A stretch of 64,000 nucleotides of DNA from Blastocladiella emersonii ATCC 22665 (GCA_025594325.1 JANHCV010000009.1:744001-808000); one strand, 5' to 3'; shown: positions 23,237 to 36,224, counted from the stretch's first letter. Notes: generated by a model not told the origin, from the letters alone. Numbers and translations: made by a program.

Positions 23237-24493
23237 CCTTGGTCTGCTGAGTCGCCGCCGGCGGCTGGGCGGCGGGAGCGCGGGCGACGGACACGGGCGC
23301 TGGCGTCGGAGCAGCAGCTGCGGGCGCAGGCGCAGGAGCCGGAGCTACGGGTGTCGGTGCCGGGGTCGGTGCGGGTGCGGGTGCGGGCGCGGGCGCGACC
23401 GTCTCCTTGTTCATGATCTTGAGGGGCGGCGGCAGCGAGGCGGCCACGGGGTCCCTGGGCGGGAGCGGGACGCGCTCGCCGGGCGTCTTCAGGGCGCGGC
23501 GGCGCGTGAACCACGAGGACATCTGCAGGTGCGGGAGCGGGGTGTGTGGGAAGGCGGAGGGACGTGGGAGTGTGAGCAAACATCCGATTTGAGGGTGGCC
23601 AGGAAGGTGGGGAACAAGAAGCAGAAGCAACCGACCTGGTACTCGAGAATGTCGCCGAGCTCCTCGCACCACGCCTTGATCTGGGCATTCGTCGGGTGGT
23701 TGAAGTCGCAGAACTTGTTCTCGAGCCACGCCTTGTCGTAGGCGGAGAAGGTCTTGCGCTTGCTGCGGAGCGGAGCGCGCTTGCCTGCAAGCGGATCGGA
23801 GTGCAAGTTGGTTAGCCATCATCAGCTTCTGCGCGCGTGGATGGACTTTCGAGTTCAAGTTTGAGCTCGAGAGTCAGAGGAGAGTAGAGTAGACGTACGC
23901 TTGGCGGCGGGCGCGCGGCCGCTGGACCGAGTCTTCATGCGCGACGAGCTGCTGCTGCTGTCGTCGCTCTCCTCCTCGTCGCCCTCCTCGTCGTCGTCGT
24001 CGTCATTCTCACTGCTCGCCACGTCGACGGCGGCCTCGGACGCGGTGCGCTTGACGGGGGCGCGGCGCGTGCCGACGCTGGCCATGGGCCCGCTCGGCGC
24101 GGCGGCTGGAGCAACGAGAGGCGCAGCAGCGGTAACGGCGGCGGCGGCGACGGTGGTGGTGGTGTTGTAGTAGTTGAGGTACGACGAGTAGGCGGCGGCG
24201 GCGGCGTAGGCGGGCATGAGCGGGTTGACGGGGACCATGCCGGGCGCAGGAGCAAACGACGAGGGGCCGATGGTGACGGGGGCGGCGGTGGGGCCGAACG
24301 GGTTGGCGCCGGCAAAGGGCGAGGGCAGGAGGGGCGAGGACGAGGACGAGGCGAGCAGGAAGCCGGACTGCGTCAGCCCGTGCACCTGCGGCGGGAAGAG
24401 CGGCACGACGGCAGTTTGCATACCGGAGGTGGCCGTGGCGGCGGCCGAGGCCGAGGCCGAAGCCGCGGTGGTTGAAGCGGGGTCGGCGGACAT
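23237..24493 (-). CDS. Atypical homeodomain-coding exons; no own stop before the PNUTS-like module
   Basis: ATG at 24493, Ala/Pro-rich N-terminus. Introns 23785-23898 and 23523-23635 yield RSKRKTFSAYDKAWLENKFCDFNHPTNAQIKAWCEELGDILEYQMSSWFTRRRALK. A strong GTACGC donor follows at 23236. Confidence 0.72.
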
Positions 24494-25344
24494 GGTGGTG
24501 ATGGCGGTGGGGTGTTGAGGGTGTTGGTGTCTCACGGCGGTGCGATGCGCGACGCGTGTGGTGCGAGACAAGTTCTCCTGACGCCTTGAACACGGGGGCA
24601 CGAGGTGCGAAAAAAATCACTTCGACGCTCGGCTCGGCGCTGAGTTTTTTGAAGAAAGTCACTCGCGCGACTTGAGTCGACTCGACTCGAGACGGCGTGC
24701 GTGCGCGTGGTCGTCCTCGACGGCGACGGCAAACGGGGGGCAGCGCAGCGGCGACAGACGAGCGGGTGGTGGTGGTGGACGCGCGCGCGTGCGATCGTCT
24801 CACGGCGCACAGCGGGCGAGGGAGCGAGAGGGAGAGTTTAAAAACGCTCGAGCACGACCCAAAATCGGGAGACGGTGCTGACGCGCGGCGAGGGAGGGGC
24901 GGGAAGGGACGGGGCTGTGAGGCTTTCTCCGAGATGCGTCTGGATCGGTTCGGTGGCGGCGGCGGCAGCAGCACGAGCGGGTCGGTGCAGCAGCAGCAGC
25001 AACTTGCGCGCGCGCAGAGGGCGGGGTCACTGACAGGACAGGAAGCGGAGCAGAGCAGACGTCGTCGTCGACGCAGATGGGCGGTTCCACACGAAGCGGG
25101 CGGGCGTCTGGGAGCTCGATGGGGAGCGTGGGCCCGCGGCGGGTTCCGCGGCCGGCTGCAGCCCCCGGAGGCGCGCGCGCTCGGGCGGAAAAGCGTGGCA
25201 GGACGGGGCGCAAGAGCATCAGCTGACCTCACGCCACTCCTATCAAATGTATCTCAGTGTCTCCCGGGCAATCAGCGCTCGCTCAAAAATGATGTCGTCG
25301 TGTATGGATGGTAGGAGAGATGATTACAAGTGAGTTGGGCTTTG

Positions 25345-27902
25345 TTACTGAGTCTGCGTTTCGGACGGCGACGAAGGGAGCGGGGCCACGCCCAGCGACG
25401 CGGCCGCGAGCTCAGGCGACGTGGTCTGCGGGATGGCCGCCGCTGCTGCTGGCGTCGCGGCTGTTGGTGATGGTGATGGCGGCCGGAACATGTCGAGCAG
25501 CCCCGTCCGCGGCGCCGCTTGATCCGCCGCTGCTGGCTTCCCCGTTGACGGCGCGGCAACGAGCACGCCACTGTCGCTCGGCTGGACCGCGGCCGGCACC
25601 GCGGGTAATGGCGGCACGGCGCCCACAACATCGGCCTCCTTGCGCCGCTCGCGCTCGCGGCGGCACGCGTCGACGTACTCGTCGCCAAAGATCTCGCGGT
25701 CGAGCGACTTTCTCCGCCGCTGCTGCCGGCTGCCGTGCCGGCGCAGCGACGACCCACCGCTGCCCGTCTCGCCGCCCTCGGACCCGGTGCGCGTGTACCA
25801 GCTCGCGGGCAACGCGGTGCGCCACGCGGGGCTCTCGGGCGGCGTAGACGTGCGCGGCGACGCGGTGGTCGGGAACAGCCGCTCGAGCGCGCTGACGACG
25901 CGCGAGTCGAGCTGCAGCGACAGGGCGCGGCCGTGCGCGCGCGAGTCGGCGGCAGACGCGGCAGAGCGCGGCCCGCCGGTGGCGCCCTTGAGCAGGGCAA
26001 AGTGGGACGCGGTCGGGTCCGCCGACGCCGGGTGCGCGGTCGCGGGCGAGCTCGGCAGGCTCGCGACAAACTGCGCGAACGACGAGATGGTCACCGAGTT
26101 GAGGTACACGTCGTCGGTCACGGCGGACGCCGGCGGTTGTTGCGATTGTCGCTGTTGTTGAGGCGGGGTGAGCCGCGGGCTCGCGGGCGACGCGGTCGCG
26201 GTCGCGGTTCCGGTCGGCAGCGGGTTGAACAGGTCCATGAGCTGCCCCGCCGGCCGCTGCTGCGGCGGTAGTGGCGCCGTGGGCTCATCGAACGTCGTAA
26301 TGATGGGCGGGACGGGACTCTTGCCTACGACGGACGTGCGCATGCGCGGCGTGAGCGGGGGCAGGTCCGCGGACATGCGTCGCTCGGACAGCTGGTCCTC
26401 GGACTCGCGGACCATCTCATCGAGCAGCCCGAGCTCGACCGTCGACTCGGCGTCGTCCGCCGCCGCCGCCCGTCGCCGCAGCCCGTCCACCGCGAGCGTC
26501 GACCGGCTCTGCCCGGCGAACGCGGACGCGTGGTCGTAGACGGACGACCGGACGCTAGGCGCGTACCCCTCGCGGAGCGGGACCGCGCCGACCGTGAGGT
26601 GGTGGTGCGGGTGGTCGCCCGTGGGCGCGGGCGAGCGGGTGCGGGTGAGCGGGCCGTCGGCGTTGGCGGGCGACGCGCGCAGGGCGCGGAGCCACGCGGC
26701 CACGTCGGTCGCCATCTTGGGCGGGCCGCGGATCGTCGCCAGGTTCTCGCGCACGCAGTCCGACAGGAGGTTGTGCAGCGAGGCGAGGTCGCCCGTGTCG
26801 GCCTGCGCGTACTGCACGAGCCACGGGTGCCGCAGCGCTTCGGCCGACGTCAGGCGCGCGTGCTGGTCGAGCGTCAGCAGGCGCTGGATAAAGTCCTTGG
26901 CTACATCGGACGGGAGTGAGACAGGGAGGCGACGATGCCGAAGCACGAGCGAAGCGTACCCTGGTCCGAGATATTGGTCCAGTACCGCGGGTGAAAGTCG
27001 ACGACGCCGCTGAGCATGCGCTGCATGAGCAGCTTGGGGTCGTCGAGCGGGCCGAACGGCGAGTACCCGCACAGCAGCGTGAAGGTGATGACGCCGATCG
27101 ACCACATGTCGCACTTTTGCGAGTACGACTGGTTGAGGAGGATCTCGGGCGCTACGGGTGCGGTGTCAGCGGGAGGTTGCGCGCTCACGGAAGCAAGGTG
27201 CTGGACGACGTACCGCAGTAGCCCGGGCTGCCGCACACGGTGAGCAGCGACTCGTCGTTCTCGACTATCCGGGACACGCTACACCACGATTTGAGACGGT
27301 CAGCAACCGGCCAAACCACGACACCACCCGGCAAGCGTAGCGTACCCAAAGTCGGCAATCATGACATCGTGAAGATCGTCGGGTGAGCGGAACAGAAGGT
27401 TCTCCGGCTTGAGGTCGCGGTGCACGATGCCGCGGGCGTGGGCGGACGCGATGCCCTCGACGACGTTGCGGATGAGCATGGCGGCGTCGTACTCGGTGAA
27501 GCGGCCGCAGTCGACGATGCGGTCAAACACCTCGCCGCCGAGGGCGAGCTCGCACACGAGGTAGTGGCGCGTGCGCGACTCGAAGTGGTCGACGAGGTGC
27601 ACAATGTGCGGGACGTGGCGCACGCGCTCGAGCGACGCCAGCTCGCGCTCCAGGAACGGCGAGTCCTCGGGCAGCCGTTTCTTCTCGATCACCTTGCACG
27701 CGTAGCGCGAGCCGGACGGCTACGGGTAGGGCGGGAGCTGTCAGCGAGGCGGTGGGGACGACAGGTGGAGCGAGTGGGCGAAGAGTACCAGGTGTATCGC
27801 CTCGCGCACGACGCCGTAGGTGCCGCGTCCCAGCACGCGGCCGAACTCGTACTGCTTTTTTCGCCCGTACGACTTGGGCTGGAAGCAGTCGAATAGGCCC
27901 AT
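25345..27902 (-). CDS. Ca2+/calmodulin-dependent protein kinase (CaMK1/Cmk-like) with long low-complexity C-terminal tail
   Basis: MGLFDCFQPKSYGRKKQYEFGRVLGRGTYGVVREA, HRDLKPENLL, DFG, CGQPGY/VAPE region, CDMWSIGVITFTLLCGYSPF; several introns; TAA at 25345. Confidence 0.88.
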
Positions 27903-28275
27903 GGTGCACGACGGCGGTGGTCGGTGGACGACGACGAGATGCGGTGGTGGTGGAGGTGGAGGCGGTGGGGGATTTGAGGGCGAGGGCGCACGCGGCCAAG
28001 CACAAGCAAGCGAAGGCGAAGAAGACGACGAGGGCGATGCACAACTTTCCACGTCAGGCCACAGCGACGAAGTCGACCCACACGGGCAGGCAGAACGGAA
28101 GGGAGGGTGAGGGTGCAGCAGAGTTGGGCAGGGCCCCTCGCGAGCGGGCGAACGGGTCTCGACGCGGCACGGCGCGTGCTCGGGATTTCGGTCGGGCCGG
28201 TGCGAGTGGAGCCGCGGATCGCCGAGGTGTTGCACGACGCGGGCGGGTTCCAGGGACACGGGGAGTGCAACGCAG

Positions 28276-28307
<32 letters not shown>

Positions 28308-28808
28308 GCGAGCGGGAGCCGGGAGGGAGGAAGGTGGCGCCGGGGAGCGAGCGAGCTGGTGTGCAGAGTCGGTCGGGGCGCTCAATCACGAGGCGAATGC
28401 ATGAAGTTTCGTGCAGCAGCAGCGGCGGCCATCCATGGAGTGTGGGGTGGTGCAGTCGACGTCGGCGGCGACGAAAGACACGGGAGAGAGGAAGGGGAGG
28501 GCGAGCCGGCCGGCGGGGCTGGCGGTGGGACGGCGGGGACGCCCACCACGTCGCCGCGCTTCATCGACACCGAACGCCGCCGATCACAACGGTCGCCTTC
28601 GCTGATGGCCCTGCCAAAATAAATCACGAGCACCTCGCTTCGCTTCGCCAATGGGCGCTAGGGTGGCACGGCCGTGGGCGAGCGGCAACGGCGTGCGTGA
28701 AGTGAGCGCGTCGGGTGGCCGGCCACGCTCCGCTGCTGCCTGCATGCAACAGTTTGCCCTGATCCAGGTCGCCGGTCCATCGTGATGCAGCGACGAGTGT
28801 ATCAAAAT

Positions 28809-31217
28809 CTACTGCCCGCGCACAGACAACATCGCCGCGGCGGGGGCCGCGGTGACCGAAAGCCCGAGCGCCGCCGTGCCCGCGGGATCGAGGAGCGTCG
28901 TAAACCCGCCGGCCGCCGCCTGCTGCGGAGGTGATGGCGCCAAGCTCGCGCCAGGGATCCGCGCAAGTCCCAGTGCGCCGCCGAGGAGAGAAGGCAAGTG
29001 CGGGCGCGGGGCAGCGGGGTCCTCAGCGGCAGCAGCCGCCGTCGTGGTCGGGGCAAGATGGTGGCGCAGCAGCAGCGCGGGGGTTCCGCCGCCTCCCTCT
29101 GCGTCACTCGCCGCTCCCGCGTCGCGCGTCCCGCCCCGCGACCGACTCCGCTGTCTCTGTTGTTGCTGCTGCTTGGTCCGTAGCCGTAGCCCCTGGTCGA
29201 GCTCGGCCGCTGTGTCGATGACGCGTTGTGCGAACGCCGTGCGGACCTCGGCCACGCGTTGCTACAGACCGCCGCCGAGACTGAGCATCCGCTGCCGCAC
29301 TGCGGGGATGCGACGACGTACGTGAAGCTGCTCGGATACGGGCGTCGTGGCCGCGACGCGTTTGAACCGCCGGCCCGAGCGGTCGAGCATGACCTGCGTC
29401 GCGTGCGGCTGCTGGTCCTCGCCGTCGTCGTCGAGGTCGCCGAGGCCTGCCGCGTTGGCGGTCCCGGGCGCCGACAGGGTTCCATCTACGGCACCACTCG
29501 CACGTCAGCCTTCACGCACACACATCCCACCGGGAACCGTACTCCTCGACCCAGGCGTCTGCTGCTGCCCCTTCCCGCCGCGATGCCGCGACGCGACCTC
29601 GATCCGCCTCGCGTCGCGCCCGAGCTGCACCTCGGTATCGACAATCGACCGCTCCATGCGCGCCGCGTTCTGGAACGCGAACCGGTACTCCTCCTCGGTC
29701 TCGGTCGACACGGCCAGCGCGTCGAGGTGCCCGACCGCCGCGCGCGCCGCGGGGCCCGCGCTGCGCAGGTGCTTCCACGACGGCGCCAGCGCCTGCGCCC
29801 GCAGACGCGACAGCGTGCGCGAGCCGCTACTGCGGCCGCCGCTGCCTACGCTGCCCGCGAGATTGGTCCGTGACCCTCGAGACGAACCGGTGCTGGCGGG
29901 ACTCCGCGTCGCGTGGTGCGCGGCGGTGGTGGCGAGGTGCTGCATCGACGCCGTAGTGGATGTCGCCGACGGCAGCGCACCGGTCCCGCCGCCGCCGCCC
30001 GCCGCCAGCGGCGACTTGGACAGCCGCAACCCGTTGCTCCCGACCTGGTGCCGGCGCGACGACGACGTTAGCCGCTCGCCCTCCTCCCCCGCACCACCGT
30101 CGCTTCCACCCGACCGTGTCACGGCCGCACGCTCGCCTCCGCTTCCGCCGCTCCGCCGCCGCGTCCCCGTGAGCTGGTGCACGCGGCGCACCGCGTCGGC
30201 GAGCGGGACTAGGTGCGCGAACGGGTTACCGCCCGTGGACCCGCGGCTGAGTGCCGCGGCGCGCTCAGCTGCGAGTGACGCGTCGAGGTCGAGCGGGAAC
30301 GCCAGCGCCGTGGACACCGGGACCGCGGCCACGGCGACCTGTCGCTTGCGCATGTCGCTCGCGCGCAAGAGTTTTTTCGGGAACTGGTTGCGCCAGTACC
30401 CCGCGCCGGGCGTCGCGGAGAGGTGCGCGTTGGGCGAGGATGTGGATTGGTCGTCGCCGCCGGGGCCCGCGGTGGCTGTGACGGCGACGGCGGGCGGCGC
30501 GAAGAGCGTGCCGGGAAGACACGTCGAGAAGCGCGGGGTCATCGCGCCGCCGCCGCCTGCGGGACTCGCACCGGCCATACCGCCGCCCGTGCCGCCGCCG
30601 ATGGAGACGGACAGGTTGCGCGCAAAGTTCTTGGACGTGTTGCGCGGGATCCCGAGCGCCGCCTGGCCCGTCCCGCCGCCGCCGCCGCCGTTCGCGAGCG
30701 CGGTGCTCCCGGTCCCGCGGCCCGATGTGGCCGGGATCGGCCGCCCGCTGACCAGGTCGTCCCACGAGTAGGCGGGCTCGGTGGGCCCTGCGGCCAGCGA
30801 CATGCCGGGCGAGCTCGCGCCGGCGCCGGCACCGGCCAGCAGCGCGTGGTCGTTGGTCGACGTGCGGCGCGTCTGCGGCGGTGCGTACTGCGTCGACATG
30901 GCGCGCGCGAGACCGCCGCCGCCGCCACCCGTGTTGTTGGTGGTGGCCATGGTCGGAGCGCGTCGCATGATGGGCGGTGGTGGAAGTGGAAGCGGGCTCG
31001 CCGTCGTCTCCTCGTCTTCCTCGGCCAGCAGATCCGGGTTCGACGGGATCACGGACAGCCGGCGCGGGCCCGGGATGGCGAGCCCGCCGGGACCCGGCCC
31101 TGGCCCCGCGAGACTGGTGCGGCGGCGGCCCGCCGGCGGCAGGGACGCTGCTGGGAGCGGTGCGGCGGGAGATGTCGTGGAGCTTCCTTGTTGCAGCATG
31201 ATGGCATCGCGTTCCAT
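28809..31217 (-). CDS. Uncharacterised Gly/Ala/Ser-rich protein with a C-terminal predicted helical/coiled-coil region (three exons)
   Basis: 570-codon ORF with strong GC3 bias. Two GTACGG/GTACGT...TAG introns near 29470-29535 and 29270-29325 extend it in frame to TAG at 28809 (…AAAMLSVRGQ). No recognised domain. Confidence 0.6.
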
Positions 31218-31879
31218 GGATGGGCCAAAGGCGAGAACTTGCCCGAGTGTCGTGTGCTCAAAGCGGCGACGCGTCGTGCGTGAAGCCGGTCATCCGCCGG
31301 GCTGCCTCCCGCGCGAAGCACGCGGCGCGAGACACGCGGCCACGACGGCGGCGAGCGCGGCGAGAGACCCGTCTCCCGCGCACCCTGACCGTCTTCGCGC
31401 GGGTGCACGCCGCGTCCTCGACGCTGGCCATCACCATCATCCTCTGAGCGTGATGGCCGCGGTGCTGGTCGCAAGTGAGGATGGGAGGGGTGAGTGGTCG
31501 GTGGCCCCTGCGCCACACGCGCAACGTGCTGCAGCTGAGCGCGCGGCGACGGCGACTCGGGTGGACGCGACGTCGCAGGCACTCGGCCTTCTCTCTCTCC
31601 CCTCGACAAGCATAGGCAACGGCCGACCACGAAGCATTCCTGTTGAGCGGTGACTCTGCACTCGCCGCAACGCATCGACCGACCGCGTGTGCTGCGCCGT
31701 CTCACCGTCCATCGCCGGCGGCGTGCTCGTGCTCGCTTCTTCCGAGGCGACCCGGCAGCTCCCCCGCCGCGCCGCATCGCGGCTTCTGCTTCGATTCTGA
31801 AGTCAAATCCACATCCATCCCCGCCGCAGATCCGCCCCCGGCCCGGCCCGCGTCTGTCTCGCGCGCATCCCGCTGTCGC

Positions 31880-34800
31880 ATGGTGCAGGTGTCGGCCTCC
31901 GCCCCGCCGTCGGACAAGCCGGCCGCGCCGACGCAGACCACGCCGTCCACGTCCACGTCGCTCCTGCTGTCGCAGTCCCCGCCGCCCGCCTCGGCGCTCG
32001 GCCTCACCGGCCCGCAACCCCCGCCGCCCTACAGCGAGTCGAGCGACGACGCGAGCGTGTCCTGCATCCTCATGTCCCCACCACCACAGGCGCAGACGGG
32101 CGCCGGCGTGCCGCTGCAGCTGCGCCGCGACCGCACCGAGTCGCACGAGCTCACGCCGTCGTCGTCGCTGCCGCTGTCGCCCGCTACGAGTCGCGACGCG
32201 CTCAACGTGCCCGGCGACCGACACGTCAACTTCTACGGCACCGCGGGCTCCGGCGCGCGAGATCCCAATGCCAGCGCTGCTGCCGCCGCTGCGTCGTCCT
32301 CGTCGCAGCCGCAGAGCACATCGGCCGCCGGCACGCGCACCTCGGTCAACCGCCCGTGGGCGTCGCGGATACCCAAGTTCTGGTCCGAGTCGAGCGACGC
32401 CGTCGTGGGTGCGCCCGCGACCACAAACGCCGAGTCGGACACGGACGACTACGCCCCCGGGTCCTCGACCACGGGCGCGACCACGCCCGCCGCCACCGAC
32501 GTGCCCGAGTCGCCGTCCGCGCAGAAGCGGCTGTCGGCGTGGGTCGAGCAGCTCCTGCACCACCGCGTGGCGCGCAAGCAGAACGCGCAGCGCGGGCGCG
32601 AGGCCGCCTTCGCCTTCTTCCCGCTGCTCGGGTCTGCGCTCAAGGTCCCGTTTGTCGGGTTCACGGCCGAGATTGTGCGTGTGTTCCTGCATGGTGGATC
32701 GAGCGGGCAATGTGCTGACCTTTGAGCAACGAATGATGTAGCCGCCCGTCATCCTCGAGGCGTTCCAGGTACGCTCGCCTCGCAGCACCCGCGGACCGAA
32801 GCTAACCCGCGACCGCCCGTAGTTCCACGTCGAGGAAGTCGACGACCGCGTCGAGCACCGTCTGCCGAGCCTGCACGCCATCACCTTCGCCATCACATGC
32901 TGCTACGGCCCGTACGCGTGGACCGTGTACCGCGACGAGGGCGACTTCCTGCAGCTGCGGTCCATGGCCGCCTTCAAGAACGTGATCTCGCGGCGGCCCG
33001 TGCACCTGCCCAACTTCCCCGGGTGGATCGACTGGCACGCGCCGCAAGCGTTCGGCGGCAACCCGCAGACGCCAACGACGCCCGCGGCGCGCGCTGCCGC
33101 CATCAAGGCGTACCTCGGCGACCTACTGCGCGCGCTCAACCTGACGCCCGAGCTCCGCCGGCTGTGCGAGTTCCTCAACTTCTCGTGCCTGTCGTTCGAC
33201 CGCCACTTCCCCAACAAGCCGCTCGAAATGTACGTGACGGTGCACTCGCCCCGGCCGCGCCGGTTCCTCGGCGCGTGCCTGGGCCCGACCACGCACCGCG
33301 CGAAACACTGGCTCATGGTCGGCCCGACGTGGCTCGTGCTGCTCAACGACATCGACGACCCGCTGCCCGAGGAAGTCGTCCTGCTCGACGGCGCGCACCT
33401 CGTCGTCGAGGAGTTCAAGTCGCGCGTCGGCGTGCTCCGGCAGCCCCTGATCCGCATCACGTACGGCGTCGGCGCGGGGGAAGAGCAGTTCCGCGAGTTC
33501 CGCGCCGAGTCGGCCCGCGAGCACGAGGACCTGCTCCTCACCCTGCGCGACATGGCCGCGCACCAGGCGCACCTCGCGCCGCACCCGTACCACGGGTTCG
33601 CGCCCGTGCACCGCGGGACGCAGGTCGAGTTCTTTGTCGACGGCGAGGCGTACTTTGACCGGCTCGCCGCCGCCATCGAGGCCGCGACGCGGTGTATCTA
33701 CATTGCCGACTGGTGGCTCACGCCCGAGCTGTACCTGCGGCGGCCGCTGAACGCCGGCGCCGAGGCGTGGCGCCTCGACAAGCTCCTGCAGCGCAAGGCG
33801 CGCGAGGGCGTCGACGTGTACGTGCTCGTGTACAAGGAGGTGGCGGCCGCGCTCGCCAACAACTCGTTCCACACCAAGTTCGCGCTGCTGGGATTGCACC
33901 CGAACGTGCACGTGCAGCGCGACCCGGACGTGCTCGGCAACGGGCTCAACCCGTGGTGGGCGCACCACGAAAAGTGCGTCATTGTCGACGAGGCCGTCAC
34001 CTTCATGGGCGGGCTCGACATCTGTTTGGGCCGCTGGGACACGAACGCGCACCGGCTCGCCGACCCGCACCCGCTCGGGTCCGGCCGCCAGGTGTTCCCC
34101 GGCCAGGACTACTCGAACCCGCGCGTCCTCGACTTCCGCGCCGTCGACTCGGCGTGGGCCACGGACATCATTGACCGCACGTCCGTCCCGCGCATGCCGT
34201 GGCACGACGTCGCCTGCGTCGTCGTCGGGAACCCGGACCCGGCGCGCCACTTTGTCCAGCGCTGGAACTACACCAAGCGCCGGAAACCCGCGTCGCACGG
34301 CGTAGTCCCCATGCTCTTGCCGCCGGGCGTCGCGAATGCGGGCATGTCGCCCGCGCAGCTCGCGGCCATCTCGGGCGTCGACGCGGCGCTCCTCGATTTC
34401 GGGGGCGGCAGGCACGACACGCAGCTCACGCGGTCCGTGTCGCCGTGGTCTGCGGGCGTACAGACCGAGAGCTCCATCTACGAGGCGTACCTCGCGCTCA
34501 TCGCCAACGCCAAGCATTTCATCTACATCGAGAACCAGTTCTTTGGTACGCTTGGTCGCGGGCGCGGCGTGTGTGCAGCGATCTGACATCCTTTAAACAT
34601 GTAGTGACGGCGACACGGCCAGACGCGCCGGCGCGGAACCGCATCGGGCAGGCGCTGTACACGCGCATCAAGCAGGCGCACGAGCGGCGCGAGCCGTTCC
34701 GCGTTATCGTCGTGATGCCGCTGCTGCCCGCGTTCCCCGGCCCGATCGACAGTTCGGCCGCGAGCACGCTGCGGTGCGTTCAGCATCTTGGCGCCGCTCT

Positions 34801-35940
34801 CAACCGCGCAAACTGATTTGACCTCACGCGCGTAGCCTCGTCATGAACTACCAGTACGAGTCCATCTCGCGCGGCCCCGACAGCCTGCTGGCGCGGCTCG
34901 CGGCGGCGGGCGTGCCGCACGAAAAGTACATCAAGTTCTACGGCCTGCGCGCGTGGGACGAGATCGTCGCGTCGCCCGAGGCCATCGAGGCCGCCGCGCG
35001 CCCGCGCGCCACGTCGCGCGCATCGCGCATGTCCCGCGCCGTCTCCGAGCGCCAGAGCGTCCGGTCGCTCCGCGGACGCACCACCAGCTTCAACGCCGCG
35101 GCGCCCGTACCCACCAACCCGCAGGGGTCGATGCCCGCGCTCGACCGCGCGAGTGCGGTGGGGAGTGCGAGCTCCATCATCTCGCCGGCCGACCAGCAGG
35201 TGGCCGCGGGGGTTCCGCCGCCCACGCTCCTCCGCGTTGACGGGACCAACGGCGGGCCTGGGTCCAGCTCGCCGTCGCCCACGCCGGACAGTGGCGAGCC
35301 CGCGGGCGTGCTGTGCACCGAGATGGTGTACATCCACACGAAGCTGATGATCGTCGACGACTCATTCCTGGTGCTCGGGTCGGCCAACATCAACGACCGC
35401 AGCATGCTGGGCGACCGCGACTCGGAGCTCGCGCTCGTGGTGTCGGGCGCGGGCGACGTCCCCGTGCGGTTCGGCGACACCGAGGTGCGCGCGGACCGCG
35501 CGATCCACGGGCTCCGCATGAAGCTGTTCAAGGAGCACGTCGGGTGCCTCGAGTCGAGCGGCCACGACGCGGCGCTCGCCAACGTGCTCGCGCCCGAGTT
35601 CAACGCGGCGTGGGAGCAGACGGCCGCAAGGAATACGCGAGTCTTCCGCGACGTGTTCCACTGCGTCCCCGACGATACCGTCGAGACGTGGACCGAGTAC
35701 TCCAAGTTCACCACCGCGGTCCCGCTCCATGACATGCCGCATGCCGACACCAAGGCCGCGCTCGGCGGAGTCCAGGGACATCTCGGTACGCTTTCTTACG
35801 CGGAAAACGCGCCGCGACGGCTCTCGCTAACACTTGTACGTCGCGTAGTCGAGTTCCCGACCAAGTTCCTGCAGCAGGAGAACCTCGGCGCGAGCCTGCT
35901 GTCGGCCGAGAACTTTGTCCCGCCCGAGATCTTCGCGTAG
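31880..35940 (+). CDS. PLD1: Phospholipase D1 / Spo14-like (PX, PH, two HKD motifs)
   Basis: FFVDGEAYF, IYIADWWLTPELYLRRP, WAHHEKCVIVD (HKD1), RMPWHDV, FIYIENQFF, YIHTKLMIVDD...GSANINDRSMLGDRDSELA (HKD2). Multiple introns; TAG at 35938-35940. Confidence 0.93.
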
Positions 35941-36217
35941 CATCCTCCCCTCCTCTCCTCTCACTGTAATAGACACGCATTCCTGACACGCCATGCATGA
36001 CACGTCGTCGCACCCGCGCTTCCCCAATGGGGCCCTTAGCTCCAAGTCGGCGCCGCGCGATTGGCCAGCTGCAGACCGTTGTTCGACGCGCGGCTGAGGC
36101 TGGCGTTGATCGACGCAAAGGAATTTTCCGGCCAAGCCACGCTCCCTCGTGCAACGGCGGGAGCTGCTGCGCCTCGTAACCTTTCAGTCGGTCGGCCAGC
36201 AGGAGGGCAGCGCGGCG

Positions 36218-36224
36218 TATAAAA
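36218..36224 (+). promoter_or_regulatory. TATA-like element upstream of the MscL gene
   Basis: TATAAAA about 110 nt before ATG 36335 in an otherwise GC-rich intergenic region. Confidence 0.45.
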
